Positions 12,970 through 26,531 are shown, numbered from the stretch's first letter. The stretch is DNA of 64,000 bases from Azolla caroliniana (GCA_043228905.1 JBHGNT010000013.1:1426001-1490000), one strand, 5' to 3'. A program made the numbers and translations. Notes: generated by a model from the letters alone, not told the origin.

Positions 12970-13824
12970 TCTTGTGAGGAACATACGAAATTGAGTGTGG
13001 TTCTTCTCACGAAATACTATTTTAAATAAGTTTAATATCTTGTTACAAAAAGATCGAGGTCTTGAAGAGCTTTTGAATGCACTTTGCTACATAACAAACG
13101 GTCGACTAAATGTGAAGTTATGTGGGTATGAAGTTGCGAAAAAAAAGAGAAGAAAAGAAAAGAAAAACAAACCTATGAGATGTCTGACCGGCCGGTGATG
13201 GAACCGGCTAAGGATGCAGACCAAATGGGTGCAAAATGGACAGATCGGTTGATCGCGGTGCATGGTGTCTTAAAGATATTTGGTGTAATTACAATACCAA
13301 AAGCCTAATAGTATTTTGTGCTTAAAAAAGGGATGTATGCAAGACTTGAACATTACACCTCCAAGTTGAGAGTCTATAGGCTTACCATTAAGCCAAATCA
13401 TTTCTTTAGGAATATATTTTTTATCACTATACTTTAAATACATGTAATTCTCATACATGAGAGCTTAGATGATGACATGGAAAGCATGCATTTCATGCAT
13501 TCCGTGCATGTCTTGCACCCTCACCTACACCATATGCATGGGTGCATCTATAAAAGAGTGGAGGAATCAAGCAAGTGGGGGGAATGGATAAAAAAAATTG
13601 GTATGTAAATTTTGGGGAAAATAATAAGAAAACTCGTTATCCTATTGATATATCTTGTCTCTCAAATCTAATGTCAAGCGTTCAATCTTTATCTTAATCT
13701 CTCTCTCTTTCAATTTATCTTAAATCCTTTCTCACTAAAGGTAGTGCAAACTTCAAATCCTTTTGGTTCAGGAGCCCGGTGATTACGCCTCACGATCCGC
13801 ACCTAGTGACGGATCTTCACAACA
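12970..13824 (+). repeat. 3' LTR of Gypsy A
   Basis: Starts right after the PPT; terminal inverted ends TCTTGTGAGGA...TCTTCACAACA; CTATAAAA TATA-like box near 13548. Confidence 0.75.
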
Positions 13825-14300
13825 ACGGGTAAAAAACGCCTACCATATTGAAAGGACCCCAAAGCCGCTCGGACTCCTTCGCCGATGAGGATTCCCAAGT
13901 CCACGGTTCTGCCTTGGTATGCCTTGATGATGATGAAGGCCTTCTTCTATGGCATGCTAGTAGGGTTTGTATGTGCAAAGGCATATTCCATCAATATCCG
14001 AGCGATTTCACCAAAGAACTTGTTTGATCCCCCGTACATGCGATACGCCTTCCCAGAAACCGAGTATACGCCGAAGTAGTCTTTAAGGATCATGTGAGGT
14101 GGGACCTCGACATCGTGTTCTCCACCACGTTGGAGGTCTAATGCAGAGCGAATGATGTTGTTAGTCACCGTGTCTAGGTGTAACTTCCGCGCAATCTCCT
14201 GAGCTTCGGGGTGAGGAGGTGCGTCGATGACACAAAGGTAGCCACCCAACCCACGTCTCTACAACCATGTGCGGATTTCCTGGGAGACTTCGAGAGGCAT
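13825..14300 (-). pseudogene. Extra ORF (eORF) of a non-chromoviral Gypsy, truncated by the Gypsy A LTR
   Basis: ATG at 14300; reads MPLEVSQEIRTWL*RRGLGGYL...KDYFGVYSVSGKAYR...MP*KKAFIIIKAYQGRTVDLGILIG; paralogous to 16957-17358. Confidence 0.6.
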
Positions 14301-14704
14301 GGTTGAATCGTGGGATGATTGAGACGGGAAGTGGAAAGAGGTAGGGGCTAGACAAAGAGATGGAAGAGCTTGTTCGAAAGTGGTGACGTGTTTTTGTGCA
14401 GGTATTCGGAGAGCGAGATGAGGGGATAGAGCGAGACAGTGTCTCTCTATAGTGGGTGTGAAGATGAGATAGATTTTGTTTGCAGGAACTGTGAGGGCGT
14501 GAAAGAGCTTGTTTGTTAGATGGTTGCGAACGCGGAAGAGCTTCTGTGTGGGTGTATGCGTCGTCTGTGAGGTAACCTCTTTTATGTGAGTGCCTAGGGT
14601 TTTGCGTTGGGTTGAGGTTTTCTAGATTCTTGATCTTCCCTACCATAATAAGCTATTATGGCCACGCGTGCCAAGCCTGTTAGTGCTACTGCCCTCGTGT
14701 GGTG

Positions 14705-16955
14705 GTGCATTCCCTTTACCATTCATCGATAACGTACTGGACGTCGTCGCAGGGCATGACATGTACAACTTTTTAGACGGCTTCAGTGGGTACAACCAAG
14801 TACGCATGCACCTCGACGACCAAGAGAAGACGACGTTTGTCACGGACTGGAGAGTCTATGTCGCAGTCGTCATGATGTTTGGGCTAAAGACGACGTTGAC
14901 AACATTTCAACGGACAATCACGAAGATTTTTGGGGAATATATTATGGCCTTCATGCAAGTTTTTTTAGACAATTTTGCGTTATATGGGACAACAATCGAC
15001 CATTTTACGCATCTATAGCTTTTCCTAGAGCGTTGTCGAACCGCACGATTAAGCCTGAATCCCGCCAAATGCGCCTTTGGCATTACCAGCAGCGCTCTCC
15101 TCGGCTATATAGTCAGCAAGGGATAGCGGTCGATCCGAATAAAATCTCCACGATTACTCACGTGAAATCGCCGACAAACGCGAAATCACTCAGCCGGTTT
15201 TTAGGGCAAATACGATGGCACGGTCGGATGATACGCTATTTGGTGGACTTCGCCACGCCGTTACATGCCGTCGTTCATTGGATTCCCTTCCAATGGACAG
15301 CTACGGAAGAGAAGGCATATGATACGCTAAAGGTAATGCTAACACAAGCACCCGTTGTATAGCCACCAGTTTGGGCGAAGCCATTCCACGTGTTCGTAGA
15401 TGCCTCAGACATAGCAATAGGTAGTGCGCTAATGCAACTCACAAAGCCGAATTGGTACCGGCCGGTGTACTACGCTAGTCGGAAATTATCAACGGCTGAG
15501 CGTAACTATTCCACAATGGAACGCGAGGCGTTGGGTATGATCTACAACATCAATAAGTTCCGGCATTATCTGCTAGGATGGAAATTCACGTTTCACGTGG
15601 ATCATTTGGCACTATGATATTTGATAGGGAAACAAGCGCTGACGGGGAAATTGGCGAGATGGATGCTGCTGCTTCAAGATTTCGACTTTGTAATTCAGCA
15701 CCGCCCGGGTACGCAACACATAGTGGCAGATTTTTTGAGCAGACTCGATAATGGAGAAATGACGCAGAAGGATGTCGACGACTTTTCGGATGCAGACATT
15801 CTGCAAGTAGCAACATTAGCAGAATGAACGGAAAAGACTTTCCCGGATGGATGGCTCATGGAAATGACCTACTTCCAGACCACGGAGTTACCGCCATCCC
15901 AATTACGGACGGACGAGAAAAAACGGCTGGCCGTACAAAGTCCAAATTTCTGTTTAGTGGAAGACATACTACACCACAAGGGCAGTGACGACATCTGGAG
16001 GCGTGGAATACAGCAGGATGAGAAGGCCGCGGTTCTATGCGAAGGCCATTGTGGTATGGCGGGAGGACATTATGGGGGCGATGTTACAACCCGGAAATTT
16101 TGCAAGCACGACGCAAAAGGACATGTATGAATATTGCAGACAATGCGATATATGCCAATGACTGGGCCAGCTCATGGAAGTCGCAAGAATGCCACACTAA
16201 CCAGTGTTGCCACTAGATCCTTTCCAAAAGTGGGGGTTAGATTTTGTTACCCCGGCGGCCGCTCGAATAGGCAATAAGTACATCCTGGTGGCTATGGATT
16301 ACTGTACCAAGTGGGTAGAAGCGAAACCACTACGCGAGAATACCGCGGCAATCACAACGAAATTCCTTTACGAACACATCTGGTGTCGTTTCGCCTACCC
16401 TATCGAGCTCATTAGTGACCAAAGGAGTCACTTTTTGAATATAGTCATCAACGAACTAACCCAACATTATGCTGTGGTGCACAAAAAAAGTACGCCGTAT
16501 TACCCGTAGGCAAATGGCTTGGCGGAATACACGAACAAAACCCTACAAACTATCCTCAAAAAGATAGTCAATGAGAACCAGACGGATTGGGACACCATGT
16601 AGCATAGCGCGTTACGACTACAACAACTGCTAGAGCTAGGAGAAACAAGGTTACTCAGTATGGCCATATTAGAGCAAGAACAGTGGCGACGCAAAGCATT
16701 CGTGGACCGACACCGGCATGCGCATGAAAAAAAATTACGGTTGGAAAAGCGATATTAGTTCTCAAAACATGCATGGGGCATATGCCAAGAAAATTAAGAT
16801 TCCGCTGGACAGGCCTGTACTGGATAGTAGGAGCAGAACAGGGCACGTTTCAATTGAGCACATTGGCCAAGGAAGTGTTACGACAAAAAGTGAATGGGTT
16901 TTGCCATAAGCCTTATCTGGGACCTATGCCACCTAACCCGTTCCCCGCCGGATAG
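14705..16955 (+). pseudogene. pol fragment (RT-RNaseH-integrase) of a second, Athila/Tat-type Gypsy family
   Basis: FPLPFIDNVLD..LDGFSGYNQV RT, VDASDIAIG..YYASRKL..NYSTMERE RNase [18 protein letters not shown] integrase; many stops and frameshifts. Confidence 0.88.
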
Positions 16956-16956
16956 G

Positions 16957-17761
16957 ACAAAGCCGGAGAATCCGCGGAGTAAATATAAGGCCCCACTTGT
17001 ACTAGGTGAAAGGCATTTCGAAATCCCTCCTGCGGAAACTTTGTAGAGATATTTTGGGCCATATTCGACGTCTGCCAAGGCATATAGAACAAAGGAAATC
17101 CTTGACCCCTTCTTCTGCAAAATCGCCAAGTTCCTGATAGAAGTCGGATGCATGCATGTAAACGCATATGGGATGCCCAAGCAAAAGGCAAGTATCATCA
17201 TTGATACCTTTGAAGGGTGCACAATTGATTGGGGGGTCATTACGGGACCGGCGTTACCAGAAGGCATGCACGCGTATCAAGGAGGCAAGAAGCTTGGGCC
17301 TATAATACAACAGTATCTGACGATATTGTTCCCACCCCGAGGTTTGTCGGCACCCTAGGCCAGCAAACCGACGCCTCCACCACGATCCGTGAAGCGAAGG
17401 TTAGCGGAGTTGGCCACCACAGGTTGGGAGGATGAAACCTAGCCCAACACGCGAACAACACAGGAAGAGCGGGCGGAGCACAGCTCGGGGCCGAAACGAC
17501 GGAGGCTGGATAGGAAGGATGGGTGCGGGTTAGTTAAAGGCAACCTGGCGGCCATAGAGACGATGACCGTGGGCAACAGATCCGTAGCTACGAAGCCCAA
17601 CACCACCTTCAAAGTAATCCGGGAACCATGGCCGATCATTACAGCCCAGTCACAACGGGGGAAAGCCGTATTGATGGCGGAAAGCGAGGTCCTGGTGTAT
17701 TCGGACATTCCGGACACAGCCCATGAGTTCGGCGCACTATTACAGTTCGGAACCACTTTTG
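16957..17761 (+). pseudogene. Extra ORF remnant downstream of integrase
   Basis: RYFGPYSTSAKAYR...MPKQKASIIIDTFEGCTIDWGVITG; homologous to the minus-strand eORF at 13825-14300; cut by Copia C. Confidence 0.55.
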
Positions 17762-18253
17762 TGTAAAGGACTACACGCTCCTAAAACAACGCTCGGCCAC
17801 AACCGAGTCTAGGATCAAACACAGAAAAATGGATAATGTACGCACGACACAGTAAAGAGAAGAGTACACAAGATGTTTACGTGGAAAACCCAAACACGGG
17901 AAAAACCACGGCAGTCCACAGACTGCAAACTATCACTATGTTACAATGGACAATAGATGAACACAAAGGCAACGACCTCTTGCTCACTGTCTTCGCCACA
18001 GGCGGCGGTTACAACATAGACAACATCCTCTTCGTCTCTCACTCTCTCTCTCTCTGTACACGGTTGCACTCAAAATCTTGCACCAACAAGAATGAATACA
18101 ACTATCTACTAAGTTTGCCCTAAGTCATATTTATACTAATATGACTTTTCGGCTATTTACAAATATAGCCCCACTGGACTCTCAGAAACATTTTTGCGAA
18201 TATGTCCCTTCATCCGGTGAGCACTCCTCACCGGGCCTACATCATCCAGCTCT

Positions 18254-18395
18254 TGCCGGGCACTTGTCATCCGGTTCTCACCAGGGCTTCACCATCTAGC
18301 TCTTGCCAGGCACTCGTCATCCGGTTCTCACCGGGCCTTCCTTGCCGGGTACTCGTCATCCGGTTCTCACCGGGTCTTCCGTTGCCGGGTACTCC
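18254..18395. repeat. ~40-bp CCGG-rich tandem repeat in the U3 of the Copia C LTR
   Basis: About three copies of ttgccgggYactcgtcatccggttctcaccggg. Confidence 0.75.
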
Positions 18396-18489
18396 ACATT
18401 CGGATTCGGCCTCGGCCGAGTTGCTCATCAACACTATTCTTTTCACTTCCCATCCGGAGGGACCTGTTTCCTAACAAACTCCCCCTTCA

Positions 18490-21400
18490 CTCCGACTTGG
18501 GATGTCTTACTAGTCCGATTCGCTTCCAACATGCATCCAGCTTGTCGGGTATCAATACTTTGGTCAGCATATCCAACCCGTTCTCAGCCGTGTGGATCTT
18601 CGTCAGCACGAACTCTCGATCTTCTACTCGCTCCCGGATCCAGTGATACCTACGTTGGATGTGCTTCGTCCTGGAATGGTACGCTGCGTTCTTAGCAAGG
18701 TGGATGGCACTTTAACTATCCCAATAGAGATGGTATTCATCTTGCCGGACACCGAGCTCTCTAATGAAGTCCTTCATCCATAATATTTCCTTGTCGGCTT
18801 CCACAGCCGTCATGTACTCCGCCTCCGTGGTTGACAACGCAACCGTCTTCTGCAGCCTCGACTGCAACGAACAACTCCCCCTGCATATTTCATTACATAC
18901 GCGGATGTAGACCGGCTGGTATCCACATCAGCCGACATGTCGAAATCGGTAAAACCGTCAAGTTGAGGTTTACCGGAGCCGAATCGGAGACACATATTCG
19001 AAGTGCCCTTCAGGTACCGGAGTATCCATTTGACCGCGTTCTAGTGCTCCTTGCCGGGATTGCTCATAAACCGGCTCACCACTTCAACTGCGTATCCAAT
19101 ATCCGGTCGAGTACACACCATTGCGTACATCAAGCTCCCGACGGCAGAGGCATATGGAACCTTCATCATATCAGCCTTCTCTGCTTTCGTCTTCGGGCTT
19201 TGCTTACCGGATAGTCTGCAGTTTGCCGGGAGTGTTGATCCGACCGGTTTTGCTTCTAACATGTTGAACCGCTGAAGCACCTTTGTCATGTATTTCTCCT
19301 GTGACAACCACAATTGCTTCGTTGGCCGGTCCCGAATGATATGCATCCCCAACATTTGTCTTGCCGGACCCAAGTCTTTCATTGCGAAAGTTCGGTTGAG
19401 AGCCTTCTTCAACATCCGTATTTTGGCTTGGTCCCGTCCGATGATCAACATGTCGTCCATGTACAGAAGGAGTATCAGGAAGTCGCCTCCTTCGAACTTC
19501 TTGACAAACAGGCAGTGATCGGCCTGCATCTTGTGGTACCCTTGATTGGTCATGAAGGAGTCGAACTTCCGGTACCATTGTTGGGGAGCCTGCTTCAGTC
19601 CGAACAGGCTCTTATTCAACCAGCAAACTAGGTGCTCCTTCCCTTCGAGGTCACCGTGAAGGAATGTCATCTTCACGTCCAACTACTCTACCTCGAGGTC
19701 CATGCTTGCCGCTATACTCAGCACCATCTGGATGGAGGTCATCTTCACTACCGGGGCAAATATCTCGTCGAAGTCCACGCCCTTCTTCTACTGGAACCCC
19801 TTCACCACGATCCTGGCTTTGTATCTCGGGGGGGTGCCGGCATCTCCCGGTTTCAACTTGGACACCCACTTGTTTCAGAGTGCCCGCTTTCCTTTCGGCA
19901 ACTCCACCAATTCGTACGTATGGTCCTCATGCAGGGAATCCATCTCATCCTGCATGGCACTTAACCATTTGCGGTTGTGGGTGTCATTCTTCGCTTCTTC
20001 GAAGCTTTCCGGCTCTCCCTCATCGGTCAACAGCACATGCTCTGCATCCGGAAATCTCCGGGGGGGCCTTTTCTCTCTAAGAGGATATCTCCATTTTTGG
20101 CCTTCGACAACCAGCTCCACTATTTGTTCTTCATCCGAATCCGATTCGGGGTCTTGGCCGGTTCCGATTTCAGCTTCCTCTACTTCTTCTTCTGCCGGTT
20201 TGGTATCCTCACCATAACCGGCTGGTTCCTCGAGTGTCAACCGGCTCTTAGCCGGGTGTGTCCGAATCTCATCGGAGTTCATTATCTTCTTCTCCAACTC
20301 CCAATCGGCAAGAGGCTTGTCCTCCATGAAGATAATATCTCGACTCCGGAAAGCCTTCTTGTCAACCGGATCCCACACTTGGTAGCCGAACTCATCATCG
20401 CCGTATCCGAGGAATATGCATGGCCGGGTCTTTGGGTCCAACTTTCCTCTCCGATCCTTAGCAACATGCACGTACACGAGACACCCAAACACCTTCAGAT
20501 GCCGGTAGCACACTTCCTTACCGGTCCACACCTTCTGTGATGTGTCTCCATCCAAGGGCACTCAGGGTTATCTGTTTATCACATACGTCGTTGACGACAG
20601 CGCCTCAGCCCAAAACGACTTGGGTAATTTTGCATGCACCAGCATACTCCGGACCCTCTCCATTATGGTCCGGTTCATCCTCTCGGCTAGCCCGTTTAGT
20701 TCCGGCGTCTTCGGCACGGTAAATTCGAGCCGGATTCCGTTCGAGCGATAGTACTCCTCGAACTGCCCCCGGTATTCACCTACGTTATCTGCTCGAACCG
20801 CCTTCAGCTTTCAGCCAGTTTCTCTTTCCACTCTCGTGTAGAGCTCTTTGAAGACGGATAACACCTGATCCTTCGTCTTCAACGGTGTGGCCCACAGCTT
20901 CTGGTTGTGGTCATCTATGAACGTCACGAAGTACTGCGATCCGGCATGTGACTTCATGTCCACTTGACATACATCAGTATGCACCAACTCCAGTGGTGCA
21001 TTATGTCTCATCGGTGGCCTCGATCGGAAGGAGGTCCGGTTTTGTTTATCGGCCAGACAATCAGTGCACTTCTCCAAGTGCACGTTCTTCACTGGAATGA
21101 GGTTGTCGTCTGAAGCCTCTTCATCCCCTTCTCACTCATGTGACATAGCCTCTTGTGCCACAGCTCACTGGAAGTGTCGGAAGCCATGTTCATTTCTTCC
21201 GGGCATAACCGGGCATTCATCAGGTACAACGTGTTTACCTTCCGGGCCCAAGCCAGAATCATGCTCCCTTTGCTAAACTTCATAACACCATTCCGGATGC
21301 TACCCGTGTAGCCTTCATCATCTAGCCGACCGGCTGATATCAGGTTCAGACGAACCTCCGGAACGTGTCAGACATCCTTCAGCAGCAGCTTGCATCCGGT

Positions 21401-22465
21401 TGGTGTTGTCAACCACACGTCTCCTATGCCGACAATTCGGCATGTACCTTCATTCCCCATCCGGACGCAGCCGTGATCACTGGCTGAGTAGGATGAGAAG
21501 CATTTCCGGTCCGGTGTAAGGTGGAACGACGCTCCGGAGTGGACCACCCAGGTCATCTCATCGCCAGCAAGGTTTAGCTCACTCTCCTCGGTGATGAGCA
21601 TCAACTCTTCTTCACTTGCCGCGATTGTCGTCATTCCCTTTCGGTCTGTCCCCCTCCGGTCTTTACTGTTCCGGTCCGGTGTCCGCTTCGAATCGGTACC
21701 ATTGGTTTCCTTGTCTTTTCAGAAGTGCCGACAGTTCTTCTGGAAGTGTCCCGGCTTGCCGCAATAGAAGCAGGTAGGCCTCCCCCTTGACTTTGACCGT
21801 GTCCCCGACATCTCCCGGTTTTGGGGACTGCGGTTCCTTTGTCTTCCGCGTTCTGATTTGGTAATGAGCGCTTTGGAGTCGGAGTTCGTATCCTTGTCTT
21901 TCCGACGCGCCTCCTCATCTAGCAAGCTCGACTTCACTCTTGCCAAGGATAACCGTTTCCCTTCCGGCCCGACGTTGCCCAAAGTGACAACCAACGTCTC
22001 CCAGCTATCTTGGAGGGAACCGAGCAGGAGTAGTGCTAGTACCTCATCGGCGAGAGGTACTTCCAATGATGTTGCCTGGTGGATCAGCCCCTGGAAGGCA
22101 TTCAGGTGCTCCGCCATGCTGTAGCCATCTTGGTACCGGAGTCTTACTAGCTTCCGAAATACCGAAACCTGATTAACAGCATTTTTGTTCTGAAACATAA
22201 TGCCGATCTTCTCCCAGAGCTCATGAGCCTTGCTCTTATCATTGAAGTTGTTGTATAGACTCATGTCAATGAAGCACCGTATGTACGCCGTTGTCTTCAT
22301 GTGCATCACCTCCCATATCGTGGCGTCGATTTTGTCTGATCCCTTCTCCCCGAACTGAACCGGCAACCAAAGATCTTTAACCACGAGCATGTCCCTCATC
22401 TTCGACTTCCACACCGAATAGTTGGAGCCGGTGAGCTTGAACATGCCTCCCAACGAATCGTCCAT
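18490..22465 (-). pseudogene. Copia C gag-pol polyprotein (disrupted)
   Basis: ORFs 21719-22465, 21368-21634, 20811-21283, 19875-20561, 19041-19682 and 18810-18995 in Copia domain order. Confidence 0.9.
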
Positions 22466-22777
22466 TTTTTCTGTGTCGTTTCGCTCTGATACCAGTTTGT
22501 AAGGACTACGCGCTCCTAAAACAACGCTCGGCCAAGACCGAGTCTAGGATCAAACACAGAAAAACAGATAATGTACGGACGACACAATAAAGAGAAGAGT
22601 ACACAGGATGTTTACATGGAAAACCCAAACACGGGAAAAACGACGTTAGTCCACAGACTGCAAACTATCACTATATTACAATGTACAATAGATGAACACA
22701 AAGGCAACAACCTCTTGCTCATTGTCTTTGCCACAGGCGGTGGTTACAATAGAGACAACATCCTCTTCGTCTCTCAC

Positions 22778-22813
<36 letters not shown>

Positions 22814-22817
<4 letters not shown>

Positions 22818-23795
22818 GGTGGAAGATATGCGCGCCACGGAGGAGTTGCACGGTGTTACCAATTAGGAACATGGTCTACGGTCAGTCCTTTGACCTAGAC
22901 CTCAAAGTGACTGTGTTGCAACGAATGGTATCGTCCTTGCGTAATACTTAGTGGGATACCTCCCGTATCCTAGTAGCGTATAAGGGAGATGGCTACAACC
23001 GAACTCCTTAGACAATGGACTAGCAACCACACTGTTACTCACGCCTACGCTCTTACGACTGCGTTACAATTTTACTATATTATATTCCTACGCTCCTGTC
23101 CGTCGGTTACTATTCCGGTGAACAACACCTGGGACGCCTAAGGGATAGTGCCATGGCACTTCAGTTCCACCCCTTTAATCTTCCTCCAAAATGGCCCGGA
23201 TGTTTGGTTCTGCTCCAGGTCCGGGTTCGGGGATGGCGTAGTGTCCGTAGGCGCGTCGGTACGTGGTTCGACTACTTGCTCGGGAGGGCTACCTATGGCG
23301 TCGCTGGCTTCTTGTGTGGGCGGTTCGGGCTCTACGGGCTCATCGTGTGCTATGGTGGTCGGTTCATCCGTTGGCAGGCTCGCAGTAGGTCGAGGTTCTG
23401 TCTCGTCCGTAACCTCCTCCGTGTTGTCAGTCGTAGTCGTGCGCTCTGGTGAGTGAGGCTAGGGTTCCTCTTGATCGGCGGTTTCGCTTTCTGGTATCAC
23501 GGGGGACTCCGCTTGTCGTTCCGTGTTCTGCACCGTAGTGGTTCTTTCCGGTGACATGGGCTGAGGTTCCTCTTGTTCGGCAGTGTCTGGAATAGGTATC
23601 GTGATGGGTTCCTCGTTGGTTCGAGTGCTACTGGCTTGCGTGATTTGGTGAAACAGGTCCTCCTGACTTTCACCAAAATCTTCTAGTAGCTGTGTGAATT
23701 CCTCAGAGTGTTGGTCCGCTAGCACAAGATAATCCTGCGCTAGGTCCTCGCATACTCCCCCAATGCTTTCCTCATTGAGCTTGTACTCCCCCAAT
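22814..23795 (+). mobile_element. Tat-like Gypsy 5' LTR (22814-23127) plus PBS-like site and adjacent internal fragment, inserted in the CT microsatellite of the Copia C LTR
   Basis: Homologous to LTR 4-486; TGGGACGCCTAAGGGA at 23130 resembles an Arg-type PBS; antisense P/T/E-rich reading frame follows. Confidence 0.6.
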
Positions 23796-23799
23796 CTAT

Positions 23800-24883
23800 A
23801 ACTCGAGCACCTCTGCTTGGATGCCTGGAGTTGCCACCTGAGGGAATCCGGCCAGTCACCTGTGCTTTGGGATGTCCCTAATCACCATCTCGGCTCGGTA
23901 GGCCTCTAAATAGCTCGTGGCATTCTTCCCGTCGAACCGGCCTATTGTCCTGATAATCGCTTCGATGGCCCTCTCGAGGGCGCCTATGCTCTCGTGAACA
24001 CTTACTATCCGATCAACGGCTGCCGCCATGGCTTCAACCAACTCTGGTCCCCTCATCTTCTACTCCTCCACCACCTTGTTTCGCGTCGGGCTCACCAAAG
24101 ATGTCGTGTTGTTACACTCTCGCATAGGAAACTAAGGTGGGACCGCAGGGGCCCTGGACCGAGGAATACCCGAAACAGTGGAAGGAGCAAGGTGAAACAA
24201 TGGGCCAGCAAGTACCGGCTACCGGCAAGTAAGTACACAATGCTCACCAGGTGAACAATCCTCGACTCGTGCTCGCCGGCTCAACGATTACCGTGGCAGC
24301 GTACGAAGAATGAACAGTAACACACTCTCGTCTGATTTCGGGCCAACAAAGGGCCGAGACACGCACACAAATACGCAGAGGACTCACAAGCAAGGAATCG
24401 ATTAAGAAATACAATGCTCTTCGAGATTACAACCGTCAAGCCGGTGAGTGACCACGCACAAACACCCACACACAGAGCACGCAGTGGAGCCTCTGCCGAA
24501 GCGAACGGGCTTCCCCCTCAAGCAGAGGCAACTGACCAAAACCTACCGAGCTCAACGAAGAAAAATGAGAAGAGTGCTCGGTTCCCAGTCCGACAGCACT
24601 TCGTCCTCCCAAAACGCGATACCTGTTTTAACCATTTTCCCTTTTCTTTTATAGGCCGCCGGAGAGGGCCGTCACATCCTGAATACATCATCTTTATTCT
24701 TTGTCCCCTCGGACAGAGATACGCATCGATTTCCTAGCTAATAAATGTGTACTACCTATTATATTTACATCAGCCGACCTATTCCTAATTATGTATATTT
24801 TTTCAATACTTGTGCCCACGAATAAGGGCCGGTTCGTGCATATTATTCATCGATTCCTCCTAAGGCCGGTTTTCTTCACGACA
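23800..24883 (-). mobile_element. Truncated Gypsy D (family of A/B): 5' LTR 24102-24883, Trp PBS, gag N-terminus
   Basis: LTR TGTCG...CGACA related to the B LTR; PBS 24081-24097; gag MRGPELVEAMAAAVDR homologous to 9083-9514. Confidence 0.85.
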
Positions 24884-26531
24884 TCGGGTCATCCCGGTAA
24901 ATTTCGTCGAGATATACGAAGTCATCACGCACTTTGGGAAGATGATCGGGTCGGATCTGACCGCCCAAGTGGATAGAAAGTACAAAACTATGGACTGGAA
25001 GATGAGGCCAATCGCGGCTGCCTTGTCCGAGGACAACTCGGAATGGATGAAAGGGGTCGCGATGGACCCATGTTTACGGGATCCGGCCAACATAGGACAA
25101 CAATTCACTGACGAGATGTTGCAGAAGCTCAAGATCGGTGGGGGTGGCTTCTTACTGCCCATAGAGGAGGACTGGTTTCAAAGGATGCTCGAAGGGCACG
25201 CGAAAGCCTTTGCATTCTCGCCGGGGGAGATCGGGTGTGTCAACCCGAAGATCGTAGAACCAATGGTGATCTTTACAGTACCACATGTGTCGTGGAATCT
25301 CAAACCGATTCTGGTGTCGAGAGCTCACATACCGAAGTTGATGGAGCTGCTTCGGCAGAAGGTCGATATGGGCATCCTAGAACTGTCAAGTGCCCCGTAC
25401 TCGAATCGGTGGTTTACGGTGCTGAAGAAGAACGGCACACTGTGTTTTATTCAAGACCTATAGCCGGTCAACAAGGTGACCATTCAGAATACAGGAGTCG
25501 GTCCCACAATCGATGAGTTTGCGGAGGCCTTCACCAGAAGGTCTATCTACTAGGTTGGCGACTTATACTCCGTGTATGACCAGTTCTAGCTAGCCGTGGA
25601 GAGTAGAGACATCACGACGATGCGAACCCCTCTCGGCCTAGTTCTGATGTGTATGTTGCCGCAAGGGGGAACCAACTCGGTGGCACACATGATGAACGCC
25701 ATGAATAAGGTATTGAGGGACTACATCCCGAACATCCCAAATAAGGTATTGAAGGACGAGATGATCGGGGAGGATTGATGCCGGAAGTTTGTCGCGGACA
25801 ACATTTCCGACTGCAAGAAGATACTGCAAAGGCTTGAGGGTGCTCGACTTACTTTCTTCGGGGAGAAGTCGGCTTTCAGACAATCAAAGATCCTGGTGGC
25901 CGGTCACCTGTGCAAGCCATATGGCCAAAAACCATCTCCGGTGAAGGGAGAGGCCATCTCGGTAATGAACAATGCAGGTCGATCACAGAAGTCCGACGAT
26001 TCTTGGGAGCGTGCACCTTCTACCACATTTGAATCCCGCACTACGTGTATATCGATGAGCCGCTCTATGGCTTGCTGAAGAAATGCCAGAAATTCGAATG
26101 GAACAATGAGCACACGGAAGCGGTCCGGAGACTGAAGGAAAACCTAACGGTGGCATCGGGTCTCCAGAAAGCGATATACAAGAAGGACACTCGGGTTTAC
26201 GTAACGGTGGATACGAGTCCGACTAGAATCGGGTGGGTGGTTAATCAAGCAGACGAGGATGGCACACGGTTTCCCATCCTGTTCGGTGCGAAGGTGTTGA
26301 GCGAGTGGCAACGAGCATATGCCTAGGTTAAACGCGAACTCTAGGGTATCATTTCAACAGTCAAGGCCGATAAAGACTACTTGATCGGGACGAAAGTGAT
26401 AATCGAGACAGACTGCCCACCGATTCTCGGTATGGTTTCCGGATGCGTGAATTCAGACCTAGCGATGCTCATGTGGATCATTACATCAAGTCCCTGAATC
26501 TGGAGATACGACACATCTCCGGAAGGGACAA

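Larger units (their letters stand above)
487..13824 (+). mobile_element. Ty3/Gypsy LTR retrotransposon A (5' end outside window), interrupted at 3217-10235 by element B
   Basis: gag with CxxC...H..C knuckle (CVWCDSMDHMRRYC), protease LIDHGSEIN, RT split exactly at NKWF|TVRKKNG, RNase H, integrase to 12897, PPT GGTTTGGTGGGGGTGGA at 12953-12969, 3' LTR. Confidence 0.9.
17762..22813 (-). mobile_element. Ty1/Copia element C (Tork/Tnt1-like); 5' LTR interrupted
   Basis: 3' LTR 17762-18476, PPT 18477-18487, PBS TGGTATCAGAGC 22483-22494, partial 5' LTR 22498-22813; gag LTGSNYSVWKSKMRDML with CFYCGKPGHFQKNC, PR, GAG-pre-INT, INT, RT (MDVK, LLYMDD), RNase H. Confidence 0.92.
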
